A stretch of DNA of 64,000 nt from Antedon mediterranea (Eukaryota; Animalia; Echinodermata). Under the pieces are notes generated by a model. The model ran no database searches, was not told the DNA's origin, and saw nothing but the letters and a program-made list of their open reading frames with translations. Positions 54,850 through 64,000 of this stretch are shown piece after piece (position 1 is the first letter of the stretch; each line of letters begins with the position of its first letter). The position numbers and the translations under genes were made by a program. The DNA is taken from assembly GCF_964355755.1 (NCBI RefSeq), contig NC_092674.1, forward strand, positions 21,762,001 to 21,826,000, read 5' to 3'.

Positions 54850-55900
54850 GCCCTATCTAGCCGGCCTACTACTACTAGCCTAGGCCTAAATTTCATATTA
54901 AATTAAATTGATTTGTGAAGAGTATTATTATTTCGTCAAAAAAGGACCCGCATTTCTTATTTATTTAAGGTTTGTTGATCGATGGATGGATAGACCTAGG
55001 CCTAGGCTACTAGCTAGGCCTCCTAGCCTAGGCCTACTACTACTAGGCCTACCCCTACTAGCCTAGCTAGGCTAGGCCCGGATGGATGGATAGGCTATCT
55101 AGGCCTAGGCTAGGCCTCTAGAGGCCTACTAGTAGGCTAGGCCTAGAAGAACTAGGCCTATAGGCCTCTAGGCTATAGATAAATATAGTACTCGGCCTCG
55201 TACGTTTGTAGCCTAGACAAGGCCTAGGCCTAGCCTAATCTAGACAGTACTAACCTAGATAGGCCTGGCCCCTTTTTATAAGGCTACACTAGGCCTAGAT
55301 AGGCTAGCTTACTAATATAAGGATACCTAGCTAGACTAGGCCTAGAGGCAGGCATATAGGCTACTTTATAGACCTATAATAGGCCACAAGTAGTAGCTAG
55401 GCCAGCCTACTCTAAGTAGTATCGTAGGCTAAAGAAAGAGAGAGTGCCTAAATTATAGCCAGCAGTAGGCCTATGTGTTTGTTTATGGCTCCTACCTAGT
55501 AGGAAGGCCTACTAAGGCCTAAAGTTTTCAACAGATAGGCCTATAAGATTGTATTTGTAGTATGCTTACAGTATATAAGATTTATTGCAAATAGCGTGCA
55601 CGACAAATGGTGGGTATGATTGGTGAGCAAACATCACGACACGATGTGATTTGTTGTCTGTACGTACGCGCTGTGCAATGAAATCAAGCAATTTGCGATT
55701 ATATTATTATCCTACTAAAAACTAGCTAGATAGGACTAGGCCTACTCGTTATTTGCCTGCCCTACTAGTTTAGGGCTAGGCCTCTGTAGACGTAGGCTTT
55801 TCTAGCTACTAGGCTAAAGTTATATTAATAGTATTTATTAATTAGATGATATCAATTAGGTATGGCATAATAGGTCTAGGCCTAGCAGGCCTACTAGTAG
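54850..55900. repeat. CTAG/AGGCCT palindromic low-complexity tract
   Basis: Same word content as 24570-25130, mostly downstream of a candidate donor AAG|GTTTGT at 54970. Confidence 0.85.
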
Positions 55901-56742
55901 GTCTTAACATATTATTTACATTTATTTAAGTAAAAACTTGAATCTAATTAATTACAAATCAAGAGCATAATAACATTATTCTACAGTGATAATTTACAAG
56001 CCTATTATACAGGCCTAAGTTCTGATATAGTTTTTTAGGATTATTGATTATTTCTACCTACTGTAGTGTAATACAATGTTTTTTTCATGCATTTACCTGG
56101 ATTTGCTTCTGAATACAGTATGTAACAAAATTCAGCCTGGATATAAAAATATTATCTACTTAAAATTTAGACACTAGAACTATTGAATTATGGTCAATTG
56201 TTCTCCATTTTAAAGGATGTAATATCACAATTTCTTCACTTATATTTCATGCACATCATGTTCTACTCCACCAACCCAATTTTATCCTTTCCAATTATTG
56301 TTGTTCATTGATCATCTTTAGATGTTCTCTTTTCAACATCATTCACAACTGCCTCTATAATACCCCTGTTGAGTTCGTTTGGCCTATGTTTCTGAGCAGG
56401 TACAAACTGTAACTAGGAATTCCCTTGTTAAAACAATGAACTTCCATTCCAACAAGAATCCAGTATTTTAGGATATGACATATACTTATTATACAGTACA
56501 AGTTCACAATTAACTCTCTCAATTGATAACAAATATCCTATTTTTTCCTATTACCATTCAATCCATCCAATCCCTTTGTTATGCAAAACCAATTTCAAAC
56601 ACAATCACACCTTTTTATACCTGATTCAGTGATCCAGAAATAACTCTATAGCTGCATGTATTTTACATTTCACATGATAAGTAAATAAAATGTTTTGATG
56701 TTTAATCAATATTTTGATTTGGTTTTGTAGAACAATCTAAAC

Positions 56743-59434
56743 ATGGCGATGACACCAAGTTTGAAGAGGTGTATGAATGATGAAGAATATAAAAACTGGA
56801 TAAAGTTAAACCATGGACTGATGTTACTAAATAAAAGTGTTTATCCATACTGTGAAAAAGAAATAACTAATTTTCATGAATATTTAAAAAAATCTATTGA
56901 CCAAAAATGCAGTTCATGTGAGGCAGGAGAAAACACAATGTGTGAAAGTTGTATAAAGATGTGGACAGCTGAAATAGAGAGTAAACTTAAACAAGGGGGG
57001 AAAAGGGGAGGAAATAAAAAAGGAAAAAAGGAAGAAGGAAAAAAAGAAGAAACAAAAGAGAAAAAAATAGAGTGGAGTAACGTAAACAAAGGTTACTGGC
57101 GAACATACAATTGGGAAGTCGCAAAGGCTTATATGAATCATGGACAAACCCCTAAGCTTAAGTACGAGCCAGATACAAGTTCTCTATTTAGTCTCATGCG
57201 TAATTGTAACCTATTTAAAATAAAGGATGATAGAATTAACAAGGTAAATATGATTTTAATTATATAATTCTGTATATTTATTGGTGTAAAAGCCTCATTT
57301 AAAAAATATATTCGTTTTCTATATAAATTTACGTAAGGGCAAAATTTAGTAAATCGTGCGTTATTTCTAGAATGTTTACTTGATGGTATATAAAGTTGGT
57401 TAGAATCTTGGTACTGATTTTAACCACCTGATTAAATTTAGTTAGATAATTTAGTTATTGACAATTAAAACGAATTTAGGTTCAACGATTTGCCCCAAAT
57501 AGGAGTGTTTTTCGATCGTGGTATACCTTGTCTAATGGATGTCTTCTTGAAAAATACCCGCACACAATAATACAAGGATGCTCCGCATTTACCTATCTCC
57601 TCCTACAATAATTGTTTTTAATGGCTGAAAACCGGTTGAACAGCTCGAGCACAGTATCATAATGTTGAAGACAGGCCGATTTTCTAAAAAAAATACTATT
57701 TTGATAGATTTAATATAAGTTTGTACAAATGTATTGATTTGCGATAAATGGAACATTCCAATCTCTCAGACTCCAAGTTTGTAGGTAGCCCTTGGTTTAA
57801 CACAAGTAGGTAAATTTATGGACCCTTGGAGAATAAACTTAAAACTGAGATAGTATTGCAATACTTTGACAATATTGTAATACATATTAAGCATTTTTGG
57901 TCGCCATTTGAATCAAAATTTTATATAAACACCTATACACAGAACATTTATTACTGTGACTGTGGGTAAGGCTCTTTACTGTGTTTAGTGGTATATTATT
58001 GGTAGGCATATAAAACATTTAAAACAATATTTCGTTACTGAGTGGATAAAGAATATAATTATTTAAAAATTGTTCTTCCCATCCTCTTCCCCATCCCTCA
58101 ACTCTAATGTTATTACAAAACACAAATTGGGTTCGTTTAAATGAGTTCAAATAAAAAATTTGGACTCATTTTTATGACAAGTTTCTCCTTCGGAAGTAGG
58201 CCTAATTCCCAGGGTGCTTTTAGTTGACTACATTAATCATCGTTTCTATTTATTCGTTTCTGAAAACGACAATGTATAGTCCTGCGGTACGTACATTTTA
58301 AATCATCAGTTTTTTTACGCTGAAATTACTGTGTATTCGAGAACCATCTGTGGACACGACCTAGTTTTTCATAATTACAGTAGGAAAAATCTCATTTATT
58401 CTGATCCTGTTTAGCTCACTTTTTTTTAACATGAGAAGACTTTTATTAGGGTCTTCTTTGACACAGTTTGGATGATGGGAAGTGTAAGAGAAAGCTTCGA
58501 ATGTATTTAATGGTTAAATGTTATAAGAAAACGGTTTTCCTAATCTCAATTTCAAAGCAGTTTTTAGCATTGGTCCTGAGTGTCTATTTTCCACTTGTTG
58601 CATTACTTTTAATTATCAACTGGAGTTGTCAACTTATTGGTCTCCATTTTAAGTGTCTGTATTTTGTTTCATTTTGCTCTTTTTTATCTTCATGTTGTGT
58701 GTTAGTATCCTCTTGGCTATGGGCGGCCATTAGGGCCAAAATAGACAAACGTTGCTGTACGAACAATTCCACTCCCGTAAGCCAAACTAATGGTGTTAAA
58801 GACATAATTCCTCGATTGACAAAACAATTATTGCGCTGCGCAATTTGTTGAACACAAAATAATATTAATAACACAAAACTACCTAGGCCTAGGCATAAAC
58901 TAACGTTCAGTAAACTCTGGTCCGCAACCAAATTTTTGTAGGGCCGCAAAAAATTGGAAAAAAACGGCTTTATTTTAAAGCAATACACACCTTACATCAA
59001 AATAATAGTGAAGTGTGATGAATGTGACATTTATTTGTCACACATGTAAATTATTATGACTAAATATAACTGCAATTCAATCAAGCTGTAGTGGACAATT
59101 TTAATTTAATAATTATTGCAATAGACCATGATATTGAATGAAGCAACAAAACTCGCAAATACAAAGAAAACCACTGGGAATTACTACTTAAAACCACAAA
59201 ACATTTTGGACTTGAGATTAGAAACATTATATACTCCCAGAAAATAATTTAGCTCTATCCATTTTTGTTTAGATTTGTTTTGTTAGAAATAAAGTAATGC
59301 ACAGCGGCATGACAGTGTCAACAGAAAATTTTAGACATGATCTAAACGTAATTGAGGGCATGTTAAATACAGTATCCACGATGTATAAGCATGATCCAGA
59401 GACAATTAAGACGATAAAATGTGATTATAAACAG
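56743..59434 (+). CDS. CXorf38-like (DUF4559) protein, first two coding exons; gene continues beyond the window
   Basis: Exon 56743-57243 (acceptor AG at 56729-30, donor GTAAAT) and exon 59273-59434 (donor GTAAGA) join in phase 0. EYKNWIK..HGL.LL, C..C..W..EI, W.N.....W....WEVAKAYM..G, D.SSL.SL..NC..F and RNKVMHS follow the CXorf38 family pattern as recalled. Confidence 0.85.
57318..58364 (+). mobile_element. Shorter copy of the Helitron family at 41303-43846, in an intron of the CXorf38-like gene
   Basis: Starts TCTATATAAATTTACGTAAGGGCAAAATT and is colinear with the reverse complement of ~42830-43846. Ends GTATTCGAGAACCATCTGTGGACACGACCTAG|T. Confidence 0.8.
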
Positions 59435-59489
59435 GTAAGATTTCATAATTTAATATGTTTTCAATACAGCAGAGTTGTAATGAGTGTTA

Positions 59490-60675
59490 AACAATGTTAC
59501 GGACAAATGTTCTGGTAGGAGGTTTAAATTCTTTGTATGTTTTTTATGCAAGAATACCACATACCCACTTTAAAAAAAAAATTTGCGCCAAAATATCCTG
59601 TTGCTAAAAATAGAACAGCGAAAATATGAACGTTACGGACGGACAAGATAAAATTGACAGTTCCTAAATATTAAGATTTGAGTACAATTTCTATCTAGGA
59701 AAATAAGACTAGACCATAAATTTGTATTAGTAAAGTAAATTTAGTGATATGGTTGTACAAATATCTCAAAGATTTTTTTGAAAAAAAAATTGTATTTTGA
59801 AATAATCCAAAAACTAAATTGTTACGGACGGACACTTTTTTGTGTTACGGACGGATACTTTTGCTCCTAAAACATTGACCCACTTTCATAATAAAAATTG
59901 CCAATATGTTTTATTTTCTGGAAATATATTGTTTAATCAATAAGTTTGCTTGTACTGCGCTATGTATTTAGGTTTTTAATATAATTAAATGCCAAAGTTA
60001 CGACCTGTTAAAGCTAATACGTTCAAATGACTAATTGGCTACAAAAAACATGGTAAATGCCTAGATTCATTAACATAGTAAACAATTAAAAAGTTGTTAT
60101 ATGATCATGAAAACAGTGTATTTAGTTATTTAGTTCACATTATGATTATCTCATTAGCATTGGTAGTTACACTTTTACAGGAAAAATAAACTTTTTTTGT
60201 TGGCGCTCCTATTATTTTTTTTTGAACCAATTAAATGTTGTTTTGTTACGGACGGACATAAAAAATGCCTATATATTGTGTGTAATATGTCCGTCCGTAA
60301 CAAAAATGGAAGGACATACATTTTAATTGGGTAAAAAAAAATAACAAGAGGGCTTCCAAAAATATTTTTATTTTTTTCTGTTACTATGAAACCCAATGAG
60401 ATAGTTAAATGTGTTTTTGAGATGATATACTTTTTTACAGGATCATTTAAAAACTTATTTACACTTTTTATTTTACGGACGGACATTTTAGCATTAGTTA
60501 GTAATCGACTAAGAATTTGAGTCAATAAACATCATTTTTTGAAATTTTTTTCAGTATATAAATTTTAACTATTTTAATCTTTATTGTTATTGACAAGTAA
60601 TTTATCTGTTAGTTATGAGGGTTTTAACCTATACTGATAGAAAATTCCGTAACGCTCAGATTTATACCCCTTGTT
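59490..60675. repeat. Repeat element with dispersed GTTACGGACGGAC motifs
   Basis: About 8 full or partial copies in both orientations (59495, 59632, 59821, 59844, 60245, 60288 inverted, 60472, 60646 inverted). Confidence 0.55.
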
Positions 60676-60692
60676 AAAAAATGGTACATTCC

Positions 60693-63600
60693 TCAATTCA
60701 ATTCAATTCAATAAACTTTATTGCCAAACTCATAAATGGCTTGAAACTTTGGCTGAAAGTACACACATTAAAATTGTCTAAAAGTATTGTCGCACAAACA
60801 GTAAAAAGAATAAAATCACATAAAACAGAGAACAAGGTGTTATATAAAAAATTTAAAAGAGGACACAAATAGTACAAATTGAGTTAAAAATACAGCTAAG
60901 ATACTTATTGCAGTTATCGTAATAAAATGCCTCATAGCAGATGGGAGAAAGGATCTAAGTAGGCGTTCAGTGTTCCAGCGAGGATATGTAATGCACCAAG
61001 TAGAAAATTGACTGACATTATCAAAATATGACTTAGGGTCATCATGTTTTATCAGGCCGGTGTCATCAGCGTATTTCACAGTAAAGCATTTGGTTAAAAC
61101 TAGATCATCTGAACATTTAAAATCATTAGTATAAAGAAAATAAAATAGGAGATAAAACACAACCTTGTGGTGCACCAGTATTGCACATAAGTTTTTCTGA
61201 AAAATTATCAATAAAACAGACGAATTGTTCCCTATCTTTTAAAAAATCATTGATCTATAAAATAGTAGCTGGATTTATTTAAGGATTTTATCCAGATTCT
61301 AGGAATTTCAAATGTACGCAGTGACCAGTTGAACAACAACGAAAACACTTGCGAGAGTTGCTCATTGCACTCTTTTAGCACCTTCCCACTGACTTTATCC
61401 GGCCCTACTGCTTTCTTGATGTTAATTTTCCCAAACATGAACTTGACATCAGATGTGTCAACCACCACAGGGTTGTCATGTAATCCGCTATCTACTATCT
61501 CGTTAACAGTTTGAGATCTTTTTGTACTAAAGTCCTTGTCGTCAAACCGAGTGTAGAAAGAGTTTAACTCGCTCGCCATTTTTTTCCCATTTCCTGCTGT
61601 AATATTATTACCCATCTTATTTCCATAACCTGTCATGTAGCGCATACTATTCCATACCTGCTTGCTGTTTCCAGACTTAAACTTTGCCTCCACTTTTTTT
61701 TCCATACTGTTTCTTACTGCGAGCTACTTCTTTTTTTAATTCCTTCTGTATTTTTCTCCTTTCATCATGGTTAGCACATTTTTGCTTTCTTTGCACTAAT
61801 TTCTTAATATTTCCATTTAACCAAGGTTTATTATTAGTAGGTATCCCAATGAAGCGGATTTTCGTTACCGCGATTTTAACACGTTCGTGAAATTTCAAAA
61901 AGTGACGTGTCTTTGAAGTTAAAAATATACTATTTCTTATATACACATGTGAATAAAAATTATATGTCTGGAAAGATCTTGTTTAAGGGATTATTTTCAT
62001 ATATTTTTAATCTATGTTTATTAAATATTTTAATAGAAAACGCGAGTTAAAAATGAGGTACAAAAGCCGGCGAGCCGAAATCCGCGCGCTAAAAATAACT
62101 TTGGAAAACACCTACCCATTTTCAAAACACGATCGCACGAGGTCCATAATAGGTGGTGGAGTAATTTTTGTTGCATGTTATCAGGCTTTAAATACTCTTT
62201 ATTTTGATATGTAAATCGGTTATTATTATTATGTACATCCGCCTCAAATGTCAATTTTAACGATAACAATTTAATTTTTTAGTCTTTCCCATTATCAAAA
62301 TCTGGCTAATTTAGTATTGAATTGAAGCTAATTTATATTTCTGTTTGATAAACCACATCGTTTTATTTGACTTTGCGTGGACCTCGTGCGAAGAGGCCAA
62401 CAAGACCAACCACTGAAAAAAATAATCCCTACCATAAATATCAGTGTTTACCATTTTCCTTACGGGGGGGATTCAGTTCTCCGCTTATTACTAAATTACC
62501 GTCGCCCAGACAATGTGCATGGTATGCATGTTTAGCGCGTTAATTAATGATTGGATAACCCCTGCAGTGGACTGTTCCATTTTCTGAACTAGTCTTCGCC
62601 GCACACGAGGCATGTCGAAAAATGTCGCCTCTCATGGAATATTTGCTTCGAAACGTCAATTTTACCGATTTATTAAATTATTTAATAAGTGGAATATTTA
62701 TAAATCTACTATATAAAGCAAGTACGTTAGGAAGAAATGTACCGAAGAAATTTAAGAAGCTTTGATTTTGCTATGCAGCGGCTGTAAGCCATTCTATGTA
62801 GGCGGCCGAAACGCGCTTTGGCCTGTGTTGCCGTTGTATATCTACGCTGTTTCTAGGCCTAAATTTTATTCCGTATATTTCAATTCAAAGTGCAACTTTT
62901 GGTTAGAATAATCGAAAGGGAAATAAAATTAAACATGTTACAATTATACCATTGAGGTAATTACTTTGTTAAATAAAAAATTTCTTCCCGATATTTCTTA
63001 GGCAGAATTTAGCGTCAGGCTTTTATTTAGACCTTTAGCTAGGGGCCTATATAACTTAACTTGTAGTAGGCGCGGCCGAGTCTACGTTCGGCCCGGCGGC
63101 GCTCCAAATGGAATCGAACACATAATAAGCACGGGCTTAATTCTTATTTTTGGCGGTTCGAAAATCAATTAAAATAATATATGATTATAAATATAACTTG
63201 TTATATTAATATTAACATAAAAATGTATACTTACGAAAAATAATATTTAATGAAAAGAAACAATACCCACACAGTTTTTTAACGCAATATTTTTTTTTCT
63301 TCACATTTTAACATTTTTTAACAATATTTTATGTTGTATTTCAGAATTACCTACCTGTCAATATAAATAACCTTACTAAAATACATATTACATTTTATGC
63401 AATGCAAAAAAAAAGAAGTTAATTCACACATTGGTTCAAAAGTTATGAATCATTTAAAGACAGGAACTTTTTGGGCTTTTTTGAGACATTGGGAAAATCA
63501 CGCGTAAAAAGCCCTCGGACGAATTTTGGAGGGCGATATCTAAAAAAAAAAATGTCGAGGACACCCAAAAAAAAATATTCTTGTACAACTCTGTTGTATC

Positions 63601-64000
63601 TATGGGTTTGGAAAAAATAAGAACTTTAAAATTATTAGTATAAAAGTTATAACCCTTCAAATATGGGTTCAAATATAATTAGAAAAAGTGCCATTTTTCA
63701 AGCAAAAATCACTGTTTTTTGGGCACTTTAACGGACCATAACTTTTGAATGGATAATCCGATTTCAATCATTTAAATTGCAAAAGTTTATGTTCAGTAAG
63801 TTCCTTCTGATTAACTGAAAGAAAAAGTACCATCATTAATTTGAATTTTTACATTGGGATACCTATTATTAGGGAACAGCTTAATTTTCCTTTCCTTAAA
63901 TAATAATTCCAACACAAAAATCAATGTATCCGGATATCGCATCTGTCGCATCATGAATTGTGGCACCTTCTATAAAAATATTCCAGTTGGTTGATTCAAA
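60693..64000 (-). mobile_element. Second, more decayed Rex1/Babar-like LINE, split by a DNA transposon
   Basis: 63866-64000 reads FESTNWNIF..DAISGYIDFCV..KLFPN, resuming at 61837 as NKPWLNGNIKKL, then ELNSFYTRFD, KAVGPDKVSGKVLKEC, KYADDT and RLLRSFLPSAMR. (TTGAA)n tail at 60693-60710. Confidence 0.85.
61838..63865. mobile_element. Non-autonomous DNA transposon, 14-bp TIR, 7-bp TSD (P- or hAT-like)
   Basis: TAGGTATCCCAATG / CATTGGGATACCTA with TTATTAG duplicated (61831-37, 63866-72). Removing it restores the LINE codons F-P-N-N-K-P-W. Confidence 0.85.

Noticed and set aside
58468-58988. 127-aa and 119-aa ORFs on opposite strands
   Set aside because: Intronic, no recognisable motifs; the flanking CXorf38-like exons join in frame without them.

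Overview
AT-rich, intron-rich animal genomic DNA. An invertebrate deuterostome such as an echinoderm is my inference from gene and repeat content; there are no prokaryotic features. Four host genes are present. (1) An aristaless/Arx-type PRD homeobox gene with a C-terminal OAR motif (- strand, runs off the left edge). (2) Importin-alpha of the KPNA3/4 clade (11 exons, - strand, 520 aa). (3) Head-to-head with it, the DEAH helicase DHX33 (22 coding exons, + strand, 664 aa, one GC-AG intron). (4) A CXorf38/DUF4559-like gene with an RxxxxH motif (+ strand, incomplete at the right edge). Introns and the 37.6-64 kb region are packed with transposons: MITEs with resolvable TIRs and target-site duplications (TSDs), Helitron/Helentron-type elements, Rex1/Babar, CR1 and L1/Tx1 LINE remnants, a Sola-like transposase relic and Penelope-type hammerhead-like motifs. 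The most striking structure is a 6.7-kb element built from two outward-facing Academ 3' arms. It inserted as one unit (3-bp TSD) into a LINE and carries a nested Helitron, MITEs and a near-perfect 1.05-kb tandem duplication. CTAG/AGGCCT palindromic tracts recur just inside the first intron of three genes. All annotation was done by eye; family names come from recalled motifs, not database searches.
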